From Phycisphaerae bacterium (GTDB lineage: Bacteria; Planctomycetota; Phycisphaerae; UBA1845), in contig JAJDDX010000424.1 of NCBI GenBank assembly GCA_029260055.1, forward strand, positions 20,586 through 84,585: DNA of 64,000 nucleotides. Direction: 5' to 3'. The notes under the pieces are model-generated. The model did no database searches. It was not told where the DNA came from and was given only the letters and a program-made list of their open reading frames with translations. Positions within the stretch are counted from its first letter, which is position 1. The number at the start of each line of letters is the position of its first letter. The position numbers and the translations under genes are program-made. Positions 46,302-56,428 of the stretch are shown here, piece after piece.

Positions 46302-48611
46302 ATGCCTGGTTACCTTTCTCGAACGCGCCGGTCGGCGATGCTGTCCGCGTTGGCCTTCAGCTTCATCTTCGCGAATCTTGCGATAGGTTCCGATGGGCAC
46401 GGACCACCGGGCACGCGCGACAACCGAATACCCGCCTGCGGCAAGTTGCGATCGCTCATGAGTCGGCCTGACGTGCGTCCGCTGGAGCCACCGGACCCGG
46501 CGTACCTCGAGACTCTGGCTGACACCGATGTCCTGCACTACGTGCTGGATATTGAAGTCAGCGCACTGAGTCCCGGCGGCAGCACCTGTTGGCTTGCGGG
46601 AAGTAACGTCATCTCCATCCAGAGCAAGTCGGCTGCCCTGAGCGAGTTCTCTATTCGGTTGCGGAATCAGTACAGCGTCGATGCTGCGTACATAGACGGC
46701 GCGACGGCTGTGACGGTGACGACCACGAGCGAGACGACGCGCGTGGTGACGCTTGACCGTGTGTACGGGCTCGACGAGACCTTCACGCTGACCATCGAGT
46801 ACTCCGGGAATACCGTGCACCTTCCCACGGCTCACGGCTCCATCACGGTGGATACCCAGCCGGACGGCAGGCCGGTCGTCGCCACGCTTTCTCAGCCCTA
46901 TTACGCTTATTCCTGGTGGCCGGTGAAGGAGGGCGATGTGGGCGCACCCGGCGATCACGCCGACAAGGCCACGATGGAGTTTGCGATCACGGCGCCTGAC
47001 ACGATGAGCGTTCCCTGTAACGGCCTGCTTCAGGGGGTCGACGTGCTGACCGGGAATCGAAAGCGCCATCGTTGGGCGAGCGACTATCCGATCATCCCTT
47101 CGCTCGTGAGTTTTGCCGCGACTGAATACAACACGTGGACCTCGAGCTATTCCCACCCGGGCGGAACGATGCCGGTCGAGTTCTACATCTATCCCGCCTG
47201 GGATAACGCGAGCAACCGCGCCAAATGGGAAAAGTGCGTGGACATGATCGGGGTCTACGCGTCGCTCTTCGGCGAGTATCCGTTCGTCGATGAGAAGTAC
47301 GGCATCTACAACTTCCCGTGGGCCGGCCTGGAGCACCAGACGATGACCGCCCAAGGCGCTGAAGGCGGGTACACCGGCTTCGGCGAGTATCTGACCGCCC
47401 ACGAACTCGCCCACCAGTGGTTCGGCGATGCGGTAACGTGCAAGACCTGGAACCATATCTGGCTGAACGAGGGGATCGGGTCGTACGCCGACGCCCTGTG
47501 GGAGGAGTTCAAGTCCGGCGGCAGCCTGGCGGACCTACAGGACACGATGGCGTGGAGACGGCAGTACATCGGGACCAACAGCAGCAGCGTCTACGTGCCG
47601 GACATAGAACTCGGGGATGAGGGGGAGATCTTCAATCCCGCGACCACCTACTACAAGGGTTCGTGGGCGATGCATATGCTCCGCCGCATGATGGGTGACG
47701 AGGCCTTCTTCACGGCCTTGCGGGCCTATTTCGCGGCGTACGAGTACAAGGCTGCGACGACGGAGGACCTCCAGGCCGTCTTTGAGGGCTACTATCCGGG
47801 CGGCGACCTTAGCTGGTTCTTCAGCGAGTGGATCTACGGGCAAGGGTCTCCCGTCTACAGTTGGGGGTGGGAGGCCGTGGACGTGGGTGGGCGGCATTAC
47901 GTGTTGCTGTCGATCGATCAGACGCAATCGGGCGCCTACCCGCGGTTCACCATGCCGATCGACATCGTCGTCGATGGCACGCGCCACGTCGTGTTCAACG
48001 ACGCCGATCCGGAGTACTTCGTCATTCCCGTGGCGTCGGCGCCGTCGACCGTCCAGTTCGACCCAGACGTGTGGATCCTTCGGGGTAGCGCTGGCCAGGC
48101 GAGCTACGTCAGCGGCCCGCCGACGATCGTCGAGACATCGCCGGCTCCCGGCGAGCAAGTGGCGCCCGAAGCGATGGTCGACAGCGTGACCATTACGTTC
48201 CACACGACGGTGAACCTGACTGCGTCGGATCTGTCGCTTGTCGGCGTGAACACGGGGTCGAAGGCGTTTACGATCGCCTCCGGTACGAACGTCAACCCGG
48301 TCGTGTTGCAGTTGGATTCGCCACTCGGGGTCGACACGTACACACTTACCGTCACCGATGGCGTCTCGAGCTCGATCAGCGGGAGACCGTTGGACGGCGA
48401 GATCATCGACTCCGACGACGCAGCGTCGCTTCCCTCCGGTGACGGCGTTCCCGGTGGTGATGCGATCATCCGGTTCGTGGTCGTGGGTAGCGCCATACCG
48501 GCTGTGTCCACGTGGGCTCAAGTCGTGATGACACTGCTGATCCTGACAGCCGGCACGCTCGTACTTTCGAAGGAGCCGACGCGACCGCTTGCGGCGGCAC
48601 AGCCCGATTGA
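46302..48611 (+). CDS. Secreted M1-family zinc aminopeptidase with Ig-like domain and IPTL-CTERM-like anchor
   Basis: DVLHY, AGLEHQT, HELAHQWFG-x-WLNEG (HExxH...E), YYKG; C-terminal IPAVSTWAQVVMTLLILTAG. Confidence 0.9.
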   Translation: MPGYLSRTRRSAMLSALAFSFIFANLAIGSDGHGPPGTRDNRIPACGKLRSLMSRPDVRPLEPPDPAYLETLADTDVLHYVLDIEVSALSPGGSTCWLAGSNVISIQSKSAALSEFSIRLRNQYSVDAAYIDGATAVTVTTTSETTRVVTLDRVYGLDETFTLTIEYSGNTVHLPTAHGSITVDTQPDGRPVVATLSQPYYAYSWWPVKEGDVGAPGDHADKATMEFAITAPDTMSVPCNGLLQGVDVLTGNRKRHRWASDYPIIPSLVSFAATEYNTWTSSYSHPGGTMPVEFYIYPAWDNASNRAKWEKCVDMIGVYASLFGEYPFVDEKYGIYNFPWAGLEHQTMTAQGAEGGYTGFGEYLTAHELAHQWFGDAVTCKTWNHIWLNEGIGSYADALWEEFKSGGSLADLQDTMAWRRQYIGTNSSSVYVPDIELGDEGEIFNPATTYYKGSWAMHMLRRMMGDEAFFTALRAYFAAYEYKAATTEDLQAVFEGYYPGGDLSWFFSEWIYGQGSPVYSWGWEAVDVGGRHYVLLSIDQTQSGAYPRFTMPIDIVVDGTRHVVFNDADPEYFVIPVASAPSTVQFDPDVWILRGSAGQASYVSGPPTIVETSPAPGEQVAPEAMVDSVTITFHTTVNLTASDLSLVGVNTGSKAFTIASGTNVNPVVLQLDSPLGVDTYTLTVTDGVSSSISGRPLDGEIIDSDDAASLPSGDGVPGGDAIIRFVVVGSAIPAVSTWAQVVMTLLILTAGTLVLSKEPTRPLAAAQPD

Positions 48612-48877
48612 CACGGAGCCGCACGACCTCCCCGCGCGGCGACTTTGACCCGCCCACATTGCGAGCATGGCGTGCGCGCCTGGGGCTCACGCGCCTGATG
48701 CACCCCGGCGTTGTCATCGTGCGGAGAGCGCCTGGCCGATCTGCCGTGAGATTGAAGAGTTCGTCACTATCTTCGCACAGCTGCGGTCAGCTTGGGAGTC
48801 AGGAATGTATGGCGAGGGTCGCGCTGAAGGGGAGGCTGTGCGCTCGGTTCGGGCGTGCGCGCACGGCCCGGTACCGC

Positions 48878-50566
48878 TCAGCCCTTTGCAGCAAGGGATC
48901 GAATCGCACGGCGAAGACGACGGTGTCGGTCAAAACGGCGTAGGTACTCGGACTCGCACGTTCCGCCCTTGGCTCGCACGACATCCACCAAGGCGCGTTT
49001 GTCGCGTACGGACCATGTCTTCACTCTCGGTAGGATCAGAAGAAGCGGTGCCCATCGCTGCCACGCCAATCGCTCGCCCGGCGTGAATCCGCGCAACGAC
49101 CGGAGGCCGAGAAGCCCGGCTGCCTCCGTCGAACAGGTTCGCAGCGCTTTGTCGCGATCAAAGCCGAAGTGCTGCGAGACGTAGTTCATGATCTCGAGCC
49201 CGACATTAGCCGCCGGCAACACGCCGAGCACATCGTCTCTTCGCTCACCCAACTCGTAAAAGACATTCGCCGAGGCCAGCTCCCTCAACGTGGGAATCGT
49301 GGAGCGATGGGCGGGGTCCTTCTTCATGGCGCGGAGTTCCTCGCGCATGATGCGCTTGACTACGGTGTCGCGCGGGCGAAATCCCAACTTCTGATAGAAC
49401 CACCACGCACCGGAGCGAAGTCCGTCGTCATTATCTTCGCCGAGTTGGCTCGGCTCGATCGTGAACGTGTCGACATTGAGCATGTGTTTTGCGACCGCCA
49501 GCGCGCGGGCAAACATGAACGCGGACTCGCCTCCGCGGAATGTGTCGAACACCGTGTAAGCGATCTCGGCGGATTCGAACAGGGCGGCAGCCGCCCCATA
49601 TCCTACTGGTACGCCGTTTTTCAGCATGACGTACCCGTACAAGGTCTCCAGCAAGAGGCGCCGTTCGGGAATCAGGCCGATGTACGCGAACTGAAGCCCG
49701 TTACCGCAGTCGGCGAGTCGGACGTCGTTCTTGTCGCCGTATGCGAAGGCGTCCAGGTCGCGGCTGCGCACGACCATCGCCGAACGTGCCAGGTCGACGA
49801 TCTTCGCGCCTTCGCGTGAGGAAAGTGACCTTACGGAGAGCGGTGGCAGGGCGATGGCTGCGGGCAACGAGGGTCGTCCGCGCTGAAGAGGTCCGGCTTG
49901 ATGCGCCGTCGGGAGTCCGGCGTACTTTTCTTGTGTTCGGGCCGGTGTATTCGGCCCGGGCGATAGGCGCAGCGGGATGTCCAACTGTTCATAGAGCAAC
50001 TCGTGCATGAAGCTGCTCATCTTCATTTGTCCGAACCGTTGTATGAGGAAGGCGGCGTCCGTTTCGTGCGGCGCTTTGAGGCGCTGAATCCACGCGCGCG
50101 TTTCGAATCCGCATTCGTCGAGGGCCGGCGTTTCGCAGTAAAGCGCCAGCAGGGGCAGCAGCGCCTCGATCTTGTCTGTATTCTCGAACTCCTTCCAGTC
50201 GACCGCGAGGTGCGCACCCCATCGCCGCGCGAGCCAACATGCCGTTTGAGCATAGAAGGAGAAGTGGATCGGCGTGCCGGCGATGCCGCTGTCGGCAAGC
50301 GTGGCGGCAAACCGCCGCAGATCGCTGCGCGCGTCGAACCCGTCCAGCATGCGCTCCACCTGCGCGAGCAGTTGGGCGTCATCCGGGTATGCCCGCAGGA
50401 AGCAGAGCGCGTCGTGAAGGATGCCTACGTCTCGCGCTGATGGCAGATGGCGATTCTGCAACAGCGTCAGCAGCTCGCACTTACGAACTGCGGCGTCATC
50501 TCCATAGTTCGCCTTGCCGCGATCGAGCTTCCTGAGGATTGCTGAAACGCTTTGGCGTTTGGCCAT
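48878..50566 (-). CDS. Hypothetical protein with GNAT-like C-terminal region
   Basis: GAAGGA RBS before ATG 50566; 562 codons; YVMLKNGVPVGY...FRGG...AWWFYQKLGFRP resembles GNAT motifs A/B. Confidence 0.7.
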   Translation of the reverse strand: MAKRQSVSAILRKLDRGKANYGDDAAVRKCELLTLLQNRHLPSARDVGILHDALCFLRAYPDDAQLLAQVERMLDGFDARSDLRRFAATLADSGIAGTPIHFSFYAQTACWLARRWGAHLAVDWKEFENTDKIEALLPLLALYCETPALDECGFETRAWIQRLKAPHETDAAFLIQRFGQMKMSSFMHELLYEQLDIPLRLSPGPNTPARTQEKYAGLPTAHQAGPLQRGRPSLPAAIALPPLSVRSLSSREGAKIVDLARSAMVVRSRDLDAFAYGDKNDVRLADCGNGLQFAYIGLIPERRLLLETLYGYVMLKNGVPVGYGAAAALFESAEIAYTVFDTFRGGESAFMFARALAVAKHMLNVDTFTIEPSQLGEDNDDGLRSGAWWFYQKLGFRPRDTVVKRIMREELRAMKKDPAHRSTIPTLRELASANVFYELGERRDDVLGVLPAANVGLEIMNYVSQHFGFDRDKALRTCSTEAAGLLGLRSLRGFTPGERLAWQRWAPLLLILPRVKTWSVRDKRALVDVVRAKGGTCESEYLRRFDRHRRLRRAIRSLAAKG

Positions 50567-50718
50567 TCCTTCTACTCCGGAGTTGTCGGCACAGCCGGCC
50601 GATGGCCGCCTGCGCAGAACATCCATGACCCGGTCGCTGTGCGCTGCGATCCGGCGTCCTCCGGAAGAATGTACAATGCCTCGCGTGCGGCCTCAAACCG
50701 GTTTCGGTGTGTGCCGCA

Positions 50719-53700
50719 TCATTCCGCGAGAAAGCTACGCTCAAAGGCGGAGAAGTCGGCGAGGTCTACATCGCTGTCGGCATCGAAGTCGAACGCCGCA
50801 AGGCAATCCTGGACCACGATCCCCGGCTGCGTCGGCGCCGGCGTGGAAGCGGGCCCGGCCATGCAGTCCTGGAACAGTGCGTAGTCGCTGTGATCCACGG
50901 TCCCGCCGCAGTCCAGGTCGCCGTGTTGACACGCGGTCAGAACGACCGTCGTCGGAAGATAGGCGACGCGTACGTAGGCCGCGCCGATGACGGAATCGAA
51001 CTGACCGGTGACGTTGGCGGCCGACAGGATTTCGAACGTGGTGCCTGTTGTCGGTTGGAACTCGTCGAGAAGCGTCACTTCGAGCGTCCCGGCGAGGTTC
51101 GCCGTCTCCGAGATGTCGAGTACGTCGTATTCCGTGCCTGGCACCAGTCCGCCGAGTTCGATGGCGAGTGTGGCGGTTGCGGCCTGTGTGTAGTCACCGT
51201 CGACAGTGAGCGTGCCGGCTGAGTTGCCCGGCGCGACGGCGCCGGCCGTGCTGACCACTTCGCCGATGACCGTGCCTTCACCGCTGAGTCCGCCGCTCTC
51301 CAGCAGTACCCGTCCGCCGCTTACGCGGAGCGTGCCGTCGACGGTCGTCATGCCGGATGTCTGTTGATAGTCACCGTTGCATGTAAGCTGGCGCGCCGCC
51401 TCCACGGCGACTTGGCCGGTGTTCTCGAACAAGTGTGCGTCGTTGATCGTCATCCCGCCGGCGCCGGTGACTTCCAGTCGCCCGCGGTTTTCGATTCCGG
51501 TTTCCACTGGATTGATCGTCAGCGCGCCTGCGTGGTCGCTTCGTATCGTGCCTTCGTTGGTGACGGCGGCGGTGATTCGGCCGCGGCCGCGGATCGTCTG
51601 ATCAGGGCCGATGGTCAGCGTGTCGCCGGCGCCGGTGGAGACGGTGGCGATGGTGTCTTGCATGTGAACTTCGCCCGCACCCGCGAGCGTGACCTTCTCG
51701 TCGACATGCAGCACGGTCGTGGTGGTTGCTCCGTTGCCCACTTCGATCGTACCTTCGTTGGTCAACTGCGAACCGGTCACGGTCATCGTACGGTTCGTTT
51801 GTACGCGGATCAGTCCGAGGTTCGTGAGGTCTTCGAGGCCGCTGTCTTCGGCGAGGAACATGCCGGTGCCCGAGGTGTCGAGAACGCCACCAAGTATCGC
51901 GGCGCCCAGCTCGAGATTCACCTCGCCGTCGTCGGCGAGGATTGTGCCTCCGGTGTTGTCGACCGTGATCGCCTCGATCTCGATCCTGGCGTTGTTCGTC
52001 GCTTCGATCAGTCCCGTGTTGGTCTTGTCCGTGGCGTTGAGGTGCAGAACGGCGTTGTTGGCGTAGTCTGAGCGGACCGTCCCGTGATTAACCAGGGAGG
52101 CGGCGATGACGCCTCGGCCGTGGATGGTGTGGCCGGCCTCATTGGTGAGCGAGGCGCCCGCGTCGGTCGACAGGGTCGCGATGCTGTCGCGCATAGAGAG
52201 GTCGCCGGACCCTCCGAGCGGCATGCTCGAACTGAAGTTCATGGTCGTTGTGGTGGAGGAGCCGACCCCGAGTTCGATGGTGCCTTCGTTGACCAGGGAG
52301 GTTCCCGCAGACGTCAGTGTGTCGTTTGTGTTTACGCGCAGCAACCCGAGGTTGACTACGTCCCGTACCGTACTGTCTTCGGCGAGTATCAGGCCGGTCG
52401 CGCCAGTGTTCAGGGTGCCGCCGACGATCGTTGCGCCCAACTCGAGGTTAATCTCGCCGTCGGACGCAAGAAGTGTGCCGCCCGTGTTGTCGAGGGTGAT
52501 CGTCTCGATCTCCATGCGGGCGCCGCCGGTGACTTCGATCAGGCTCGGATTCGCCTTGTCCGTATCGATCAGTCTCAAGGTGTGATTGGGCGCATAGTCC
52601 GACCGGATCGTCCCCTCATTCGTCAGGGCGGCTGAGATGATGCCTCGGCCGTGGATTGTGTGTCCGGCCTGATTCGTAAGCGTGGCACCGATGCCGGTGG
52701 ACACGGTTGCGACGCTGTCGCGCAGGTATACTGCGCCGGCTCCGCCGAGCAGGATTTCCCCATCGAAGTTCAACAGGGATGACGCGGACGATCCGACGCC
52801 CAATTCGATCGCGCCGGCGTTGGCCAGCGACGAGCCGGACACGTTGAGTGTGCCGCCCGTCGCGACACGAACCAGTCCCGAGTTGACCATGTCGATGATC
52901 GTGCCTTCCTCGACGAATATCAGGCCGTCCACACCGGTGTCGAATGTCCCGTCGACGATGGTCGCTCCCAGCTCGAGGTTGATCTCACCGTCGTCGGCGC
53001 GGAGCGTACCGCCGGTGTTAGCGACGGTGATCGACTCAATCTCCATCCGGGCGCCATTCGTCGTTTCGAACAGGTTCGTGTTGGCCTTGTCGTTGCCGTT
53101 CAATCGCAGCAGGCTGTTGGTGCCGGTATCGGATCGAACGACTCCGTGGTTGGTCAGGGCGGCGGAGATCACGCCTTGGCCGTGGATCGTGTGCCCCGCC
53201 TCGTTCGTGAGCCCGCCGGTGTCACCGGTCGATACGATCGCCTGCGTGTCGCGCAAGTTTATCTGGCCCGTTCCCTGCAGGAGTATGGGCGTTTCGAAGA
53301 TCATCACTGGCGCTGCGGACGATCCGACTCCGAGTTCGATGACTCCATTGTTCGCGAGCGTCGAACCGTGAACACTTACGGTGTCGCTGGTGTCGACGCG
53401 GAAGAGGCCTAAGTTCGTGATGTCGGAAATGGCGCACTGCTCGCCGAGAATCAGCCCGGTCGCGCCTGTGTCGAGGGTGCCGCCAACGATCGTTGCGCCC
53501 AGTTCGAGGTTGATCTCGCCGTCGGTTGCAAGCAGTGTGCCGGCGGTGTTGTCTATTGTGATCGTCTCGATCTCCATGCGGGCGCCGCCGGTGACCTCGA
53601 TCATGCTGGGATTCCTCTTGTCATTTTCGGTCAACCTCAGGAGGTGGTTGGGGCCATAGTCCGACCGGATGATTCCTTCGTTCGTCAGAGCTGCCGGGAT

Positions 53701-56253
53701 GACGCCTCGGCCGTGGATGGTATGGCCGGGCTGGTTCGTGAGTGTCGCACCGACGCCGGTCGCCACCGTGGCGACCGTGTTGCGCATGAATAGATCGCCC
53801 GTTCCGCCGAGCAAGAGGTGGGAACCGACATTGAGTGCTGCCGTCGAACTCGCTGCGGAGCCGAGTTCTATGGAGCCATCGTTGGCGAGCGAGGATCCGG
53901 TCGCTGCCAGCGTGCCGCCGGTGGCGACTCGAAGAAGGCCCAAGTTAGTCACGTCGGTAATGGCTCCGTTCTCGACCAGGATCAGGCCGTCGACTCCGGT
54001 CGCCAGCGTCCCGTCGACGATGCTCGCTCCCAGTTCGAGGTTGATCTCACCGTCATCGGCCAGCAGTGTTCCGCCGGTGTTGGTGATCGTGATCGCCTCG
54101 ATTTCCATGCGGGCGCCGTTTGTGGTTTCGAACACGCCGCCGTTGATCTTGTCTTCACCGTTCAGTCGCAACAAGTGGCTGGTGCCGTAGTCCGATCGAA
54201 CGACTCCGGCGTTGATCAAGGCGGCATCGATGACGCCTCGACCGTGGATCGTGTGCCCGGCGGCGTGCGTTAGCACTCCACCTCCGCTCGTCGAGATCGT
54301 CGCGTTGGTATCGAGAAGGTCGACCGCCCCTGATCCGGTGAGCGCGACATCTGCTGCGAAGGTCAGGGTGGTGGAAGTGGACGCGCCGGTGCCGACAGCG
54401 ATCGTACCGTGGTTCTCGACCAGCGGTCCGAACAGTGTCAGACCGCGGGCCACCAATACCTGAATGAGCCCGTCGGGCGCGTTGAGGATGTTGCCGTCGA
54501 TGGCGGAGTCCACTGAACTGGCGACCACATCTCCGGTGTTGGCGAGTCCGTCGCAGCGTGCAAGCGTCAGGGTGAACGCGTCAAGATCAAGCACCGCGTC
54601 TGGGGCGTCGATCCGCGCGTTCTGAATGACGAGCGACGTGTCCAGCGTGACGTCGTCGGTGTCGGTGGCGAGGACGGCCGTCTCGGTGATGGTGTTCGGC
54701 ACGTCATTCGGCGTCCACAGGCTCGAGCTGCTCCAGACACCGCTTCCGCCGAACCAAGTCCGCGGCTCCTGCGCGGGTGGGTTGAAGCACGGGTCGCAGG
54801 CATCGCCAATGGCATCGAAATCGGCGTCAGCTTGGTCGGTGTTGAAGTCGTCCGGGCAGTTGTCGCACACGTCGTTCACGAGATCTGCGTCCGTGTCGGG
54901 GAGGTCGGGATCGCAGCAATCACCGATGCTGTCGCCATCGGCGTCGGCCTGGTCGGTGTTTGAGATCGTGACACAGTTGTCGCAGGCGTCGCCGAACTCA
55001 TCGCCGTCACCATCCATTTGGCCCGGGTTGCCGTCGTTCGGGCAGTTGTCGCAGACGTCTCCTACGTCGTCCTGTTCGGCATCCGCCTGGTCCGTGTTGG
55101 CATCGGCAGGGCAGTTGTCGCAGGCGTCGCCTACGTCATCTGCGTCGACGTCCTCTTGAGCCGGGTTGTCGTCGTCCGGACAGTTGTCACAGACGTCGCC
55201 GAGAGCGTCCTGGTCGGCGTTGTCCTGGGCGGGGTTGGGGTCAACGGGGCAATTGTCGACGTCGTCCGGCACGCCGTCACGATCCTCATCGGTCGGCATG
55301 AACGACACCGCCGCGAACGAATGTCCGATGCAGTCGCCCACGATCGGAGCGTCGGGTCCGCCAAGTGCCTGCGAGAGGAAGGTGATGTACGTGACCGGCG
55401 GCGTCACGAAGGATGCCAGATCGATATCCACCGCATCATAGAGGTTGTCGTTAGCGAACGGGCCGAGGGTTCCCTGCCAGGCATTGCCGGCCGCCACGGT
55501 CCCGGGCAGCACGCCCCCGACGGGCGTACCGCTGAGATAGAACTCGTCGATCAGGTTCTCCTGCCCGTCCTGGGCTTCGAGGAAGAAGTGCAGATCGCCG
55601 TGATGATAGGTCTCGCTGAGGGTCAGGGTGGCGGAAGCACCACCGGTGCCGTTCGAGACGTAACCTCGCCACAGGTCGACGACGCGCACGGGCGATCCCG
55701 GGATCCAGTAGACCGTCAGCAGGGACAGTCCCTGGCCATAGGCGGCTGCGTCGTTGCCGACCGGTCCACTGTTCACCTCGGCGAACTGGTTCAAACCACC
55801 GTGCAGGACCAGGCCGGTGACGTCCGCCATGAACGCAGCCGCTCCATCCTTGCCCCAGGTGCAATCATCGTCGGCGGAGCCAATCAGATCGCCGGTTACC
55901 GCGGTTCCGTTGATTCGAATGTCATCCGTCGCCGGGATCGGCCCATCCAGATAGAAGACCCACATGGCGTACGACGCCACGGGCGAGGCGCCGGCCGGTA
56001 GTCCCGGCATCGTCACCATCGAGAGCCCGGGAGCTGGGATGATCCCCAGCGTGCGCGTGGGTATCGCGGCGGAGACGAAGTCCGCGCCCTCCAAACTGAA
56101 CGTCTCAAACGGGACGGAGGAAATGCCGGTCTGGGCAACGTACGCCGCCGGATCGCCCAGCCGCGCTGCCCCCGGGAGGTCAGCCCCGAGCGCAATGCCG
56201 CACAATGCAAGCTGCAGAGCCGCTGATGAAGCGAAAAGCCGTCTGGCAAACAT
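50719..56253 (-). CDS. 1844-aa secreted repeat protein (thrombospondin type 3 repeats, beta-helix-like 177-aa repeats, C-terminal dockerin-like domain)
   Basis: Signal peptide; RBS AAAGGA; DxDxDxxGDxCDNCP repeats; G/T/N-rich repeats; VAPGNSAGTLTVDGDYTQ...LAIELGG; GDLDCGGTVDHSDY...DFDADSDVDLADF. Confidence 0.85.
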   Translation of the reverse strand: MFARRLFASSAALQLALCGIALGADLPGAARLGDPAAYVAQTGISSVPFETFSLEGADFVSAAIPTRTLGIIPAPGLSMVTMPGLPAGASPVASYAMWVFYLDGPIPATDDIRINGTAVTGDLIGSADDDCTWGKDGAAAFMADVTGLVLHGGLNQFAEVNSGPVGNDAAAYGQGLSLLTVYWIPGSPVRVVDLWRGYVSNGTGGASATLTLSETYHHGDLHFFLEAQDGQENLIDEFYLSGTPVGGVLPGTVAAGNAWQGTLGPFANDNLYDAVDIDLASFVTPPVTYITFLSQALGGPDAPIVGDCIGHSFAAVSFMPTDEDRDGVPDDVDNCPVDPNPAQDNADQDALGDVCDNCPDDDNPAQEDVDADDVGDACDNCPADANTDQADAEQDDVGDVCDNCPNDGNPGQMDGDGDEFGDACDNCVTISNTDQADADGDSIGDCCDPDLPDTDADLVNDVCDNCPDDFNTDQADADFDAIGDACDPCFNPPAQEPRTWFGGSGVWSSSSLWTPNDVPNTITETAVLATDTDDVTLDTSLVIQNARIDAPDAVLDLDAFTLTLARCDGLANTGDVVASSVDSAIDGNILNAPDGLIQVLVARGLTLFGPLVENHGTIAVGTGASTSTTLTFAADVALTGSGAVDLLDTNATISTSGGGVLTHAAGHTIHGRGVIDAALINAGVVRSDYGTSHLLRLNGEDKINGGVFETTNGARMEIEAITITNTGGTLLADDGEINLELGASIVDGTLATGVDGLILVENGAITDVTNLGLLRVATGGTLAATGSSLANDGSIELGSAASSTAALNVGSHLLLGGTGDLFMRNTVATVATGVGATLTNQPGHTIHGRGVIPAALTNEGIIRSDYGPNHLLRLTENDKRNPSMIEVTGGARMEIETITIDNTAGTLLATDGEINLELGATIVGGTLDTGATGLILGEQCAISDITNLGLFRVDTSDTVSVHGSTLANNGVIELGVGSSAAPVMIFETPILLQGTGQINLRDTQAIVSTGDTGGLTNEAGHTIHGQGVISAALTNHGVVRSDTGTNSLLRLNGNDKANTNLFETTNGARMEIESITVANTGGTLRADDGEINLELGATIVDGTFDTGVDGLIFVEEGTIIDMVNSGLVRVATGGTLNVSGSSLANAGAIELGVGSSASSLLNFDGEILLGGAGAVYLRDSVATVSTGIGATLTNQAGHTIHGRGIISAALTNEGTIRSDYAPNHTLRLIDTDKANPSLIEVTGGARMEIETITLDNTGGTLLASDGEINLELGATIVGGTLNTGATGLILAEDSTVRDVVNLGLLRVNTNDTLTSAGTSLVNEGTIELGVGSSTTTTMNFSSSMPLGGSGDLSMRDSIATLSTDAGASLTNEAGHTIHGRGVIAASLVNHGTVRSDYANNAVLHLNATDKTNTGLIEATNNARIEIEAITVDNTGGTILADDGEVNLELGAAILGGVLDTSGTGMFLAEDSGLEDLTNLGLIRVQTNRTMTVTGSQLTNEGTIEVGNGATTTTVLHVDEKVTLAGAGEVHMQDTIATVSTGAGDTLTIGPDQTIRGRGRITAAVTNEGTIRSDHAGALTINPVETGIENRGRLEVTGAGGMTINDAHLFENTGQVAVEAARQLTCNGDYQQTSGMTTVDGTLRVSGGRVLLESGGLSGEGTVIGEVVSTAGAVAPGNSAGTLTVDGDYTQAATATLAIELGGLVPGTEYDVLDISETANLAGTLEVTLLDEFQPTTGTTFEILSAANVTGQFDSVIGAAYVRVAYLPTTVVLTACQHGDLDCGGTVDHSDYALFQDCMAGPASTPAPTQPGIVVQDCLAAFDFDADSDVDLADFSAFERSFLAE
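51587..54262 (-). repeat. Intragenic 531-bp (177-aa) tandem repeat, five full periods
   Basis: The IHG/IRG anchor (plus-strand CCGYGGAT) occurs at 54242, 53711, 53180, 52649, 52118 and 51587, exactly 531 bp apart. Confidence 0.9.
54790..55295 (-). repeat. Thrombospondin type 3-like Ca-binding repeats
   Basis: About seven DNCPxxxNxxQxDxDxDxxGDxC-type units; boundaries approximate. Confidence 0.85.
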
Positions 56254-56428
56254 GTCGAATGTCCTTTCTGTGGGCCCGTGGCGTTACCGCGCCGGGCGGC
56301 TGCGACTGGTCAGCTACCCGCGTTGACGCGGTTCTTCCCGCCCTTGAATCGTTGTCGCGGTGGAGGTCGTTTCTGAAAAAAAATATGCCGTAGCTGATTC
56401 CGGGCGGGCATGGCGGTATATTGGGAGC

